NCBI GenBank assembly: GCA_965199495.1
Contig: CBDASK010000003.1
Span: 3,040,001-3,104,000 of the forward strand
DNA length: 64,000 nt
Source: Abditibacterium sp.
GTDB lineage: Bacteria; Armatimonadota; Abditibacteriia; Abditibacteriales; Abditibacteriaceae
Direction of reading: 5' to 3'
Below are positions 1-9,292 of this stretch, piece after piece; the first letter of the stretch is position 1; each line of letters begins with the position of its first letter. A program made the position numbers and the translations under genes. The notes below the pieces were generated by a model that saw nothing but the letters and a program-made list of their open reading frames with translations, searched no databases and was not told the origin of the DNA.

Positions 1-1296
1 GTGACTGGGCCGCTCAGCATCGTGACCACACGGGGCATCGGCCCGGCTTCGCAGACGAGCTTCACCGTGGTGAATGCTTCCGCGGGTAGCCTGCGATTCG
101 GCGATAACCCGGATAACAATCCGATTCTCGAAGGATCAACGGGGACAATCTCGCAACCTGTGCGCAACTTCAATGGCGCTGGCGACACGACGTTCCACCG
201 TTTGTATCAGGTGTTTGTCAATCCGGCGGTTCAGACGAGCGGCCCCAATGCCGGACAGCCGCTCACGCCGCAAACCCCGATTACGGTTCGCATCGCGATC
301 TCGGCTAACGCCAACAGTGCGGCGGCTGGCGCGGCCACACCGCAAATCGCCGTGCGCGCTGACTTGATCGGTCGGGGAAGCGCAAACTTCCTGAAGTCCA
401 GCACCAACGGAATTGTGGATGTCGATCTACCAGCATCGTTCAATCCCGCGTCGCCTTTGGAAGTCGCCATCACCGCTTCGGGCGTGGATGACATCTCTCC
501 CGTTGAGGGACAGGCGGGCGCAACCGTGACGATTACGGCGACGATTGTCAAGACCGATTCGCCGGGCCTGTTCCCGATCACTCCGGCTGGACAAGTGCCT
601 TCGGTTTCCGTCGAGCGTCGCGAAGTCGTCACGCCCGGCAATCAGACCGCCATCGTGTTCGCTGCGAATACCAACACCGATTTCTCGGTGCCTTATTCGA
701 CCAACGGCACTGGCACTGTTTCTCAGACCGAGGTCTTCAATTCGGCGCCCGTCAGCACCAACGGTTTGACGCGCTTCTATCAGGTTTACCGCTTCAATGC
801 GGCCAACCAGTTGAACAATCGCACCCTTGCCAATGACTTTACGCCCCTCGGCAACGACGAGCGTTTGCAACGTGGAGTTGGCTATCGGTTAGTTGTTGGT
901 GACCGCGATGTGCGCCTCAATGCCAGAGGCACGAACCTGCAAGTCATTTCGGATCGTAGCTTCGCGCTCAACCTGACCCGCAATGTTCCTTTGGCAGCCA
1001 ATTCGTCGGCAATGGCGAACGCGACCAACGGTTACAACTACATCGGTTTCCCGTTCGATAATACCCAATTCGGCGGCGTGAACCTCAACAACTCGACGGT
1101 CACCGTAGATGGAGCCACGCGTTCCTTCAGCGATGCCGTCGCGGCTGGATTGATTAACTCGCAACTCTTCACAGTTAGCGCAGACGGCACTCTGACTGCG
1201 GTCGATGGTGCCCCGATCATCCGTCCGTTCAAGGCTTACTTTGTGCAGATTTACCGTAATAACCTTACGCTAACTTTGAACAACCCGACGCCGTAA
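1..1296 (+). CDS. C-terminal part of a large secreted/surface protein (5' end outside window)
   Basis: Frame open from base 1 to TAA 1294-1296; Thr/Asn/Gly/Val-rich beta-strand composition; ends in a GYNYIGFPF...PFKAYFV segment; followed by a terminator. Confidence 0.75.
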   Translation: MTGPLSIVTTRGIGPASQTSFTVVNASAGSLRFGDNPDNNPILEGSTGTISQPVRNFNGAGDTTFHRLYQVFVNPAVQTSGPNAGQPLTPQTPITVRIAISANANSAAAGAATPQIAVRADLIGRGSANFLKSSTNGIVDVDLPASFNPASPLEVAITASGVDDISPVEGQAGATVTITATIVKTDSPGLFPITPAGQVPSVSVERREVVTPGNQTAIVFAANTNTDFSVPYSTNGTGTVSQTEVFNSAPVSTNGLTRFYQVYRFNAANQLNNRTLANDFTPLGNDERLQRGVGYRLVVGDRDVRLNARGTNLQVISDRSFALNLTRNVPLAANSSAMANATNGYNYIGFPFDNTQFGGVNLNNSTVTVDGATRSFSDAVAAGLINSQLFTVSADGTLTAVDGAPIIRPFKAYFVQIYRNNLTLTLNNPTP

Positions 1297-1309
1297 GATG
1301 CAGTGAAAC

Positions 1310-1347
1310 CAGAAAGGCGGGGCAACAGTTGTTGCCCCGCCTTTCTG
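1310..1347. terminator. Stem-loop terminator after the first gene
   Basis: CAGAAAGGCGGGGCAACA-GT-TGTTGCCCCGCCTTTCTG, perfect 18-bp stem. Confidence 0.75.
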
Positions 1348-1579
1348 TCGTCTGGCCCGCAGGTTAGTCGGGTAATGCACGCTCACAAATATAGCTCTTG
1401 CCACTGCGGATGCCACTGCGAATGCTACTTCTATCAATCTTCGTGCGAAGGAAAATATCGGTTGGAAAAGGGCGCAATCCACGACCGTATAACCTCTGCA
1501 TTATGAAGCGCTATTATATGCAAATCTCCCAAATTGACTAAACGTTGCTCCCAACCCAGTCCGTCCTAAACTAAACCCG

Positions 1580-2131
1580 ATGAAACCTTCCGCAATCTTC
1601 TTCGCTGGCATGGCGCGCGCCGTGGCTCTGCTGGGCATCGGCATCTGGGTTGGCGGCATGACGTTCTTTGGCGCTGTGACCGCGCCGCTGATGTTTCGCG
1701 CCGCGCGTGCCAGTGCCGCGCCCGAACTGGCGCCGATTTTAGTCGGTCAAATGCTGGGGCGCTTCACTTACGTCACATATATCTGCGGCGCACTGATGCT
1801 GTTAGGCTGGCTCATTGATGGCCTAATTATGCGCGACCATCGCTGGCTCTGGCAAATACAGGGTTTATTCACCATCGTTTGCGTTGGGTTGGCCATTTTT
1901 CTGGGCACCGCGATTTTGCCGCGCACCATCGCGCAACAGGGCGCCATCGTGCCGTTATTTGTGAAGGACGCGCGTCATCAATCGCTCACGCCCGCCGAGA
2001 AAGCGCGGCGCGCGGCCTTCGATGTCGGCCACGAAGATTACCAAAAATTAGGCGCTGCCAACGTCTATATTTTGATCGGTTTATTGTGTATCATCGTCGC
2101 GCGCACGCGCGTCGTCGAAACCAAACGCTAA
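1580..2131 (+). CDS. DUF4149/TMEM205-like membrane protein
   Basis: Four hydrophobic helices; WVGGMTFFGAVTAPLMF and AFDVGH motifs typical of the family. Confidence 0.7.
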   Translation: MKPSAIFFAGMARAVALLGIGIWVGGMTFFGAVTAPLMFRAARASAAPELAPILVGQMLGRFTYVTYICGALMLLGWLIDGLIMRDHRWLWQIQGLFTIVCVGLAIFLGTAILPRTIAQQGAIVPLFVKDARHQSLTPAEKARRAAFDVGHEDYQKLGAANVYILIGLLCIIVARTRVVETKR

Positions 2132-2251
2132 ATTTGTTGGCTTCCGGCGCGAGATATTTGCGGCTGCTAATCAAGTAAACGCGACGGTCAGACGTTAATT
2201 TTGTTGGCCTCCCACCTTTATGCCCGCGCCTTTATCTTCTATCCTTTCTCA

Positions 2252-2869
2252 ATGGCTTCTTATTCCGACCCTTCCTCGTCCGCCTCGCCTTCGTGGGTGA
2301 GCGGGCCTCGCGCCGAAATTGCCGATGAACGTTGGTCAGGCGTGCAATTGCTTGCGTGCGATGTGGACGGGGTTTTGACCGATGGTAGTCTGGCGTTCGA
2401 TGAAGAGGGCCGTTTGATTCAAACCTTTTATGTGCGCGACGGTTTCGGTCTGGTTGCGGCGCGGCGCGCGGGCATCAAGGTCGCCTGGGTTTCGGGACGC
2501 CCATCCAAAGTCGCGCAAAAACGTTTTGATGAATTGGGCCTCGATCATTGCTTGTTGGGATGCGACGACAAAGCGCGAGCGTTGCGCGAATTACAGGCAG
2601 AACTGGGCATTGAACCCGCCGCTTGCTGCTTCATCGGCGACGATATTCCCGACCTTTCGGCCTTCGCGGTGTGCGGCCTCAATGTCGCCGTGGCTGATGC
2701 CGAGCCGGTTGTCGTAGCGCGCGCCGATTACATCACACGCGCGCGCGGCGGGCGCGGCGCGGTGCGCGAAATCATTGACCTGATGTTGACTTCGCGCGGC
2801 TACTTCGACATGATGGTAGATATGTTCGAGCGCCCCGATTCGCCCGACCCGGACAACTTGCAACGATAA
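2252..2869 (+). CDS. kdsC: 3-deoxy-D-manno-octulosonate 8-phosphate phosphatase (HAD, YrbI family)
   Basis: DVDGVLTDG, RDGFG, IGDDIPDL and GGRGAVREIID motifs; start moved to ATG 2252. Confidence 0.9.
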   Translation: MASYSDPSSSASPSWVSGPRAEIADERWSGVQLLACDVDGVLTDGSLAFDEEGRLIQTFYVRDGFGLVAARRAGIKVAWVSGRPSKVAQKRFDELGLDHCLLGCDDKARALRELQAELGIEPAACCFIGDDIPDLSAFAVCGLNVAVADAEPVVVARADYITRARGGRGAVREIIDLMLTSRGYFDMMVDMFERPDSPDPDNLQR

Positions 2870-2879
2870 AAAGCCCAAA

Positions 2880-2981
2880 ATGAAAAACGAATTTTCGCCG
2901 CTCGATGTCGCGCTCTCGCTGTGGCTGTTGGTCATGTTCGGGATTTTCTTCGGCTTCTCCGGGCCATTGCTGAATTTGTGA
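2880..2981 (+). CDS. Putative 33-aa single-pass membrane protein (below ORF-track cutoff)
   Basis: ATG 2880 to TGA 2981 reads MKNEFSPLDVALSLWLLVMFGIFFGFSGPLLNL; fills the gap between two co-oriented genes. Confidence 0.5.
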   Translation: MKNEFSPLDVALSLWLLVMFGIFFGFSGPLLNL

Positions 2982-3034
2982 TTTTGGTTTGAATTATTCC
3001 GCGAAATCCATCCCAATTCTAAAACCTCTGCCCG

Positions 3035-4978
3035 ATGCCCTATCTCGCCGACGCATTCCTATTCACATTCTTTGCTCTCGCGTTGCTCTCGCTGGGATTG
3101 GGGGCTTTTACGCCACAATGGTCGCTACTCGAATCGCTGATTTTGCCCGCGCTCGCCACGCTGGGCGCGCTGGGGTTGGCCATCTGGATCGTCGGCTCGC
3201 TGGGCGTTTTTCGCGGCGCTCTCTGGGCGGTAATTTTCGTCGTCGGCTGGCTCATCTGGATGATCTGGCGCCGCGATTTAGTTCGTCAAAACGCGCGACG
3301 CATTTTACCGGCGCTGCTCACTTTAAGCGCGACCGAAAAACTGTTGGCGCTTTATCTATTGGCGACGTGGGCGCTGATTTTTGTCTTATCTCTGGCACCG
3401 CCGGAGGGCGCCGATTACGATAGTCTGGTCTATCATCTGGCCGTCCCCGCGCAATACAGCCACGCCGGGCGCATCGAGCAGTTGGCGTTCGATCATCACT
3501 CGTATTTTCCGTTCACGATGGAGATGCTTTACGGCGTCGCGCTACAATTGCGCGGGCCGGTTTTCGCCAAATTATTCCACTGGCTGATGCTGCCGTTGGG
3601 CGCTCTAACTCTCGTTGCATTCGGCCAACGCGCCCAATCGCGCGTCGGCGGATTGTTGGCGGCGTGCCTCTTTACTTCGTTGCCGATGACGCTCACCGAA
3701 GCCTCGACGGCCTATGTAGACCTCGCGTTTGTCGCGTTTTCTGTCGCCGCCGTTTTGTGTTTCGCGGGCGCGCCGACGACCAATCGCACGCACAATCTGT
3801 TGTGGAGCGGCGCGTTTTGCGGGTTCTGTCTGGGCACCAAATATTTCGGTTGGCTCATCTTCGGTTTTCTGGGAGTTTGGCTGCTCGCCGAAACACTCAA
3901 AACTAAACCGCCAGACGGCGCGCGCGGCGTTTGGTTATTCGGCTTGAGCGCGCTCGCCATTGGCGGCGGATGGTATGCGCGCAACTGGATTTGGACGGGC
4001 AATCCGGTTTATCCGTTCGCCTATGGCCTTTTCGGTGGGCGCGGCTGGACGGCGCAAATGGCGACGCTTTACGATCAATCGCAAGCGATTTACGGTTTTG
4101 GCCGCTCGCCATTTGATTTGATTGCGCTGCCGTTTCGCCTCGCCATGACGCCAGTCAACGTCGGCGGTTTTGAAGGTCTGGGCGTGCGCGGTCAACCGCT
4201 GTGGCCTTTAATCCCCGGCCCGGTCGGCACCGCCGATCCGAATTCGCTCACCGGGATTTTTGAAGTGCCCGGCCTGTTTTTAGTCACGTTCCCTGGCCCG
4301 GCGATTTTCGCGTTCGGCTGGCCCGCGCTTCTGGGCCGCGATAAACCGCGCCCGATTTTAATCGCGGCGTCGCTGTTTATTTTTCTGTGGATATTCTGGG
4401 CGCTGACCAGCCAACAGGTGCGCTATCTGTTTCCGGCGTTGGCGCTGTTGGCGGTCGTAGCCGGGTGGGGCATGGCGAAATGGGCGCCCCAATTAACGCT
4501 CGCTCGCTGGATTGGCGCCGCCGCTCTGGCGGCGTGGCTGCTGCTGGCGCCGCTGTTTATCGCGCGCAATGCGAGCGGAATATCGCGCGTTATCAGTGGC
4601 GCGCAAACGCCCGATGATTATCTGACGCGCAGCTTCGCGGGTTACAGCGCGATGCAATGGATCAACCTCAACACGCCCAAAACCGCGCGAGTTGCGGTTT
4701 ACGGCGAGCCGCGCGATTTCTATTTGAACCGCTCTTACTTTTGGGCCGACGACGCGCACAACCAACTAATTGATTATCCGAACATTTCGACTGGAGCGCA
4801 GTTGGCCGCCGCGCTCAAAGCGCAGGGCGCGACCATCGTTTTGGCGAACTTCGCTGCCGCGCGCAACGGCGGCGCCTTTGGCCCGCCCCAACCTTTGTTC
4901 GACGCGATGGTGAGTTCGGACGATGCCACTCTGATTTTCGATAACGAACGCGGTTATCGCGTTTACCAGTTGAAGTAA
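3035..4978 (+). CDS. GT-C fold membrane glycosyltransferase (ArnT/PMT-like)
   Basis: Many TM helices; DYDSLVYHL, YVDL, GTKY, WYARNWIWTGNPVYPF and QVRYLFP motifs. Confidence 0.8.
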   Translation: MPYLADAFLFTFFALALLSLGLGAFTPQWSLLESLILPALATLGALGLAIWIVGSLGVFRGALWAVIFVVGWLIWMIWRRDLVRQNARRILPALLTLSATEKLLALYLLATWALIFVLSLAPPEGADYDSLVYHLAVPAQYSHAGRIEQLAFDHHSYFPFTMEMLYGVALQLRGPVFAKLFHWLMLPLGALTLVAFGQRAQSRVGGLLAACLFTSLPMTLTEASTAYVDLAFVAFSVAAVLCFAGAPTTNRTHNLLWSGAFCGFCLGTKYFGWLIFGFLGVWLLAETLKTKPPDGARGVWLFGLSALAIGGGWYARNWIWTGNPVYPFAYGLFGGRGWTAQMATLYDQSQAIYGFGRSPFDLIALPFRLAMTPVNVGGFEGLGVRGQPLWPLIPGPVGTADPNSLTGIFEVPGLFLVTFPGPAIFAFGWPALLGRDKPRPILIAASLFIFLWIFWALTSQQVRYLFPALALLAVVAGWGMAKWAPQLTLARWIGAAALAAWLLLAPLFIARNASGISRVISGAQTPDDYLTRSFAGYSAMQWINLNTPKTARVAVYGEPRDFYLNRSYFWADDAHNQLIDYPNISTGAQLAAALKAQGATIVLANFAAARNGGAFGPPQPLFDAMVSSDDATLIFDNERGYRVYQLK

Positions 4979-4993
4979 AATTTCTTCGCGCCC

Positions 4994-5088
4994 GTAGAGA
5001 CGCCGATTTATCGCGTCTAAAATGGTTTGCTCGTCTTATACGTAAACGCAAGTTTGACATTTTAGACGCGATAAATCGGCGTCTCTAC
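4994..5088. repeat. GTAG-type REP doublet (REPIN-like)
   Basis: Perfect 31-bp inverted arms GTAGAGACGCCGATTTATCGCGTCTAAAATG (4994-5024 / 5058-5088). Confidence 0.85.
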
Positions 5089-5101
5089 AAAAGAAAATTC
5101 C

Positions 5102-6379
5102 ATGTTTCGCCACCCGCTTTTTCTCTTGCTGCTGATATTTCTCGCGCTGGGCGCCGCGCTCATCGCGCGCGTGCCGCTCGACAAATCGCCCGACGAAGCG
5201 GCGCACTGGCAATACATCGAATACCTTGCGGCCAATCATGCGCTGCCGGTTTTTCGCGGCGAAGTGCCGCCCGCGCCCGGCTACGAATTTCACCAACCGC
5301 CGCTTTATTATGCTTTGGCCGCGCCCGGTTGGGCGATTTTACCGGCGGGCGCGCAAAATTATTGGGCGCGTCTGGTTTCGCTATTGTGCGGCGCCGCGAC
5401 TCTGATTTTCATCTGGAAAAGCGCGCGTTTGTTGTTTGCCGATGACCGCACTATCGCGATATTAGCGACGGCTTTTGCCGCGTTGTGGCCGTTGCATTTG
5501 GCCGTAAGTTCCGGCGCCAACAACGACGCTCTGGCCGGATTGTGGTCGGCGGCGCTATTTTGGTGCGGCACGCGCGTTACAATGCGCGGCTCCAATTTGC
5601 GCGACGCCGCGCTGATGGGCGCTTTAATCGGTTTGGGCGCTTTGACCAAAAACACGGTTTTGGTGGTCGGGTTTGTCGCTTTGGTGGCGCTTTGGGTGGC
5701 GCCATCCTCCGAAAAATCGCCTTCGCGTGCGATTCAATTGTTGGTCGCGCTGGCAACGATGACGATTATCGCCGGGCCTTGGTGGGCGCGCAACATCTTC
5801 GTCTATGGCGACCCTTTAGCGTTTCGCGCATTTTCGGAGGCCGCGACTAAAGGCACGCCAGGGCTGGCTCAATTGCCTTTCGATATGTTCACTTATCTGG
5901 TCTACTGGCGTGGCATGGCGTGGCTTTTGTTGATGACGGCGTGGGGATTTTTCGGCGGTGTCAACACCGCCTTGGACAAGACCTCCGCCTTTTCGCCCGA
6001 TGGCCCCGTCATGCGGCAGTTATGGCTTTTACCGTTCGTTGCAGTCTTCGCGTTGGCGCCGTTGGCCGCGCTCGTGGGTTGGCGCAAATTGCGCGGCGAA
6101 GCCGAATGGACGCCCGCGCAAAAACTTGTGCTTCGTTTTTGGAGCATCGGTTTTGTGCTCGTTTTTCTGGCGTGGTTGCAATTCGTTTACGGACATTTTT
6201 CGGGAGGCCAAGCGCGCTATCTGCACGCCGCACTGCTGCCGATGTCCGTTCTGCTCGCCGCCGGATGGCGCGGATTGTGGAGCCAAAATCGCGCGCTAAA
6301 CATCGCTTCCTGTGCGCTGGCGGCGCTGCTGCTGACGATGACGTTGCTCAATTTACTCGTATGGAAAACTCTGGTTTAA
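5102..6379 (+). CDS. GT-C fold membrane glycosyltransferase (PMT_2/DUF2142-like)
   Basis: PDEAAH, YEFHQPPLYY, NNDAL, WWARNIFVYGDP and QARYL motifs; multi-TM. Confidence 0.8.
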   Translation: MFRHPLFLLLLIFLALGAALIARVPLDKSPDEAAHWQYIEYLAANHALPVFRGEVPPAPGYEFHQPPLYYALAAPGWAILPAGAQNYWARLVSLLCGAATLIFIWKSARLLFADDRTIAILATAFAALWPLHLAVSSGANNDALAGLWSAALFWCGTRVTMRGSNLRDAALMGALIGLGALTKNTVLVVGFVALVALWVAPSSEKSPSRAIQLLVALATMTIIAGPWWARNIFVYGDPLAFRAFSEAATKGTPGLAQLPFDMFTYLVYWRGMAWLLLMTAWGFFGGVNTALDKTSAFSPDGPVMRQLWLLPFVAVFALAPLAALVGWRKLRGEAEWTPAQKLVLRFWSIGFVLVFLAWLQFVYGHFSGGQARYLHAALLPMSVLLAAGWRGLWSQNRALNIASCALAALLLTMTLLNLLVWKTLV

Positions 6380-7101
6380 CGATTTTACAAAAGCGTGCGG
6401 CGCTGGCCTTCACACTCATTCTCGCAATCCCAATTCAAGCCGCGCCCGCGACAAATCCCGCCAAACTCTTCGAGCGCGCCGCCACAATTTACGGCGACGC
6501 CCAATCATTGTCGCTCGATTATCGTATCACGTCCGATAACCAAGCCGCGATTCCACTTAATGAACGCGGCCAAATTCTGTGGAGCAAACCCAAACTCTAC
6601 GCGCAGAGCTGGACGTATTCCGGCGGACGCGGCCACGTCGCCGCCGATGATGAACAGATTTACTCGACCGACGTTGACGGCAAATCCGCGCGCCAGAATT
6701 GGAGCGGCGATTTCGGTTTCTGGACGAGCTTGCCGTGGCCGATTCCAGGCAATTTAGAATTTTTATTGCGCGGCCAAAAAATCTCGATGCGCGGCGCCGT
6801 TACACGCCCGCTCGCGCCGCAAAAACTCGAAGGCATTTTGTGCGATGGCGCCACGCTCGATTTGCGCCGCGTCAACGGCGACACGATTCGCTTCTGGTTC
6901 GCGCGAAAAACCGGATTATTAATGCGAGAAAGTTGGGCGGTGTGGCTGCCCGATTCGACGCAAATCGTGCAAGTGCAAACGCGCTATTTTAATATCCGGC
7001 TCAATCCGAAATTAGAACGCCGCGATTTCGTGCGCGCGGAAGAGGAAACGGCGCTGTTACTTGAGCAACCACTTTCCCAAAACGACGGAGCCGCTAATTA
7101 A
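6361..7101 (+). CDS. Secreted LolA-like (DUF2092-type) protein
   Basis: Signal peptide from ATG 6361; YGDAQSLS, WSKPKLY, FWFARKTGLL and NIRLNPKL pattern of the LolA fold. Confidence 0.6.
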   Translation: MENSGLTILQKRAALAFTLILAIPIQAAPATNPAKLFERAATIYGDAQSLSLDYRITSDNQAAIPLNERGQILWSKPKLYAQSWTYSGGRGHVAADDEQIYSTDVDGKSARQNWSGDFGFWTSLPWPIPGNLEFLLRGQKISMRGAVTRPLAPQKLEGILCDGATLDLRRVNGDTIRFWFARKTGLLMRESWAVWLPDSTQIVQVQTRYFNIRLNPKLERRDFVRAEEETALLLEQPLSQNDGAAN

Positions 7102-7917
7102 GGCGGCGCACGAGAGCAAAGCGAGGGGCAAACCGAAAAACTGTAATCCGACCGAAATCATGCCGATGCAACCCAGCACGTTTCCCAAAACTAAACCGAC
7201 GATTGGGCTGAGGCGATAGGTTTGCTCGGCGGCGATGGGACTTTGTTTGAACCGCGCGCTGAACTGCCAGGGACGGTCGGCGCGCTCGCGCTTATAAAGC
7301 CAAAAGTAAAGCGACGAGCAGAGCATTATGAAGACGAAAATCCCTCGTGTTCGCCATGTTCCGCCCCAATCATAATTTCCGCTAATATCCACGAGGCAAT
7401 TCGCTCCCAGCAGGTAAGAAGAAAATAAACCAACAATCATTGAAGGTTTCAATCCTCCGCTTTTTCGAGCATCGGATACGATTCCAAAGAAAGGACAACC
7501 AAAATAAATCGCCGCGAGAACTGGAATTTGCCAACCCGTGTTATTCTTTGGCGAGACGGCCAGCGTCGCGAACGCATAAACCACAACGCAAGCTACAACT
7601 GGCAACACAAATATCCACCATTTGCGTTTTAGCGAAAGCGGCACGCCTTCGCTTTCCAACTGTGCCGAATCCGCCCACTGCCGACGCAATTCGCGCCCGA
7701 CTTTTTCGGGTTCGCCAAACTCCGCCGCCGTTTGCAGCCACACCGCCTCTGCATCCAAACCGTCGGCGCGTTTGGCTTCGACCATCGCGTGCAAATGCGC
7801 GCGCACTTCGTCCATGAACTCGGCGCGGCGCACGGCGGGCACGTCGCGCAGAGACTTTTCCAGCGCGGCGAAGTAAATCTCCTGCTCGCACTTTAAATTC
7901 GATTCTTTGTCAATCAT
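7057..7917 (-). CDS. HAAS-domain membrane protein, paralog 2
   Basis: N-terminal YFAALEKSLRDVP..EFMDEVRAHL..FGEPEKVGREL followed by TM helices. Confidence 0.75.
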   Translation of the reverse strand: MIDKESNLKCEQEIYFAALEKSLRDVPAVRRAEFMDEVRAHLHAMVEAKRADGLDAEAVWLQTAAEFGEPEKVGRELRRQWADSAQLESEGVPLSLKRKWWIFVLPVVACVVVYAFATLAVSPKNNTGWQIPVLAAIYFGCPFFGIVSDARKSGGLKPSMIVGLFSSYLLGANCLVDISGNYDWGGTWRTRGIFVFIMLCSSLYFWLYKRERADRPWQFSARFKQSPIAAEQTYRLSPIVGLVLGNVLGCIGMISVGLQFFGLPLALLSCAALISGSVVLGKWLLK

Positions 7918-7950
7918 ATCGCGTCTCCTTTGGCGTTTGAACCAAACAAT

Positions 7951-8766
7951 TCACTTTTGCAGCCACCATCCAAAAATAATGGCGCCACCGATTGTCCCAA
8001 CGCACGGAAGCAGCGCCGAAGTCAAACCGAAAATCGAAATTAATCCAGCACAACCCATTGTCGTCCCTATTGCCAAACCAATAAGTGGACTGAGCCGGTA
8101 TTCCTGTTCTGCGGCGACGGGACTACTTTTGAAAAGCGCGCTCCACTGCCACGGACGGTTGGCTCTATCGCGCTTCCAAAGCCAAATCATAAACAGACCA
8201 ATTCCCAGTGCTGTTGGCGGCCCCAAATCGCCCATGTCAAAGGCAGGCCACTGCATGTGCGCGACTGGCTCCATCATCAGCACAAACGCGAACAAATAAG
8301 CCACGATGTTATAAATCGTCCATTGTTTGCCTTGGCGCTGGAAACGAAAAATCCAAAATCCAAAGATCGCCAATATAAGTGCCACATAATCCGAAGGCTT
8401 GCTCAATTGCTCCCACGCAGATTCCGGGAGAGTCACTGCTGCTGTTCCAATTGCCGTAACGGCAACCAATCGCCAACCAAACTTACGCGCGAAATCCCAC
8501 TTCGACAACGGCACGCCTTCGGTTTCCATTTGCCCCGAACTTGCCCACTGCCGACGCAAATCGCGCCCGACTTTATCGGGTTCGCCGAACTCGCGCATCG
8601 AATGCAGCCACGCCGTGGCTGCATCGAAGCTGTCGGCGCGTTTGGCTTCCCACTGCGCGTGTAAATGCGCGCGAACTTCGTCCATAAACTCAGCTTTGCG
8701 CGCGGCGGGCACGTCGCGCAATTGCGCTTCGATGGCGGCCAAATACGATTCGAGATTATTTTCCAT
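7951..8766 (-). CDS. HAAS-domain membrane protein, paralog 1
   Basis: Start ATG 8766 (MENNLESYL) overlaps the padR stop; same HAAS motif as the neighbour. Confidence 0.75.
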   Translation of the reverse strand: MENNLESYLAAIEAQLRDVPAARKAEFMDEVRAHLHAQWEAKRADSFDAATAWLHSMREFGEPDKVGRDLRRQWASSGQMETEGVPLSKWDFARKFGWRLVAVTAIGTAAVTLPESAWEQLSKPSDYVALILAIFGFWIFRFQRQGKQWTIYNIVAYLFAFVLMMEPVAHMQWPAFDMGDLGPPTALGIGLFMIWLWKRDRANRPWQWSALFKSSPVAAEQEYRLSPLIGLAIGTTMGCAGLISIFGLTSALLPCVGTIGGAIIFGWWLQK

Positions 8767-9103
8767 GTTTCGCCTCCGTCGCCGTGGGCGCCATAATTTC
8801 CGAAACCGCCGCCGAAAACTTCGCCCACACACCGCGTCGCCGTTCCAAATCGTCAGAACCCGCGTCGGTCAAACGGTAGGTTTTGCGCGACGGCCCGCGC
8901 TCGACGGTTTCCCATTGCGCGCTCACAAATCCTTGATCTTCCAAAGCGTGCAGCGCCGGGTAAAGCGTGCCTTCTTTGAACGACAAAGCCGCGCCGCTCC
9001 GCCGCTCGATTTCGCGCGCGATGGCGTAACCGTGCAGCTCGCCATCGGCCAAAACCGCCAGAATCAGACCGGGCACGTTGCCCTTAATTAGCTGTTTATC
9101 CAT
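8756..9103 (-). CDS. PadR family transcriptional regulator
   Basis: LHGYAI, EGTLYPALHALE and RKTYRLTDAG motifs. Confidence 0.92.
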   Translation of the reverse strand: MDKQLIKGNVPGLILAVLADGELHGYAIAREIERRSGAALSFKEGTLYPALHALEDQGFVSAQWETVERGPSRKTYRLTDAGSDDLERRRGVWAKFSAAVSEIMAPTATEAKHGK

Positions 9104-9292
9104 TGTTCATATCCTTTCGACTTGCATCGGAAAACTATGTATAAGATAACGGGATGAGTTTGTCAACAGGTTAAACTTGAGTGGCTTATCGATGTAAGTC
9201 ATACGGCAAATGTAAAGCGGTGATTAGTAACTGGAGAAATGTCAAAAGTTAGAGTCAACGAATTTTACCAGTTTTCCCCCGACTACTTAACT

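Noticed and set aside
2687..2698. Homology of GCCGTGGCTG to the Neisseria uptake sequence GCCGTCTGAA
   Set aside because: The shared GCCGT/CTG may be chance, and unlike the Neisseria sequence the motif is not found in terminator stems here.
5920..6360. First 147 codons of the 393-aa ORF
   Set aside because: Shadow frame inside the GT-C gene; the real protein starts at ATG 6361.
9119..9200. GACTTGCATCG ... CGATGTAAGTC inverted pair as a PadR operator
   Set aside because: The 11-bp arms are about 60 bp apart with a mismatch, which is too weak to call.
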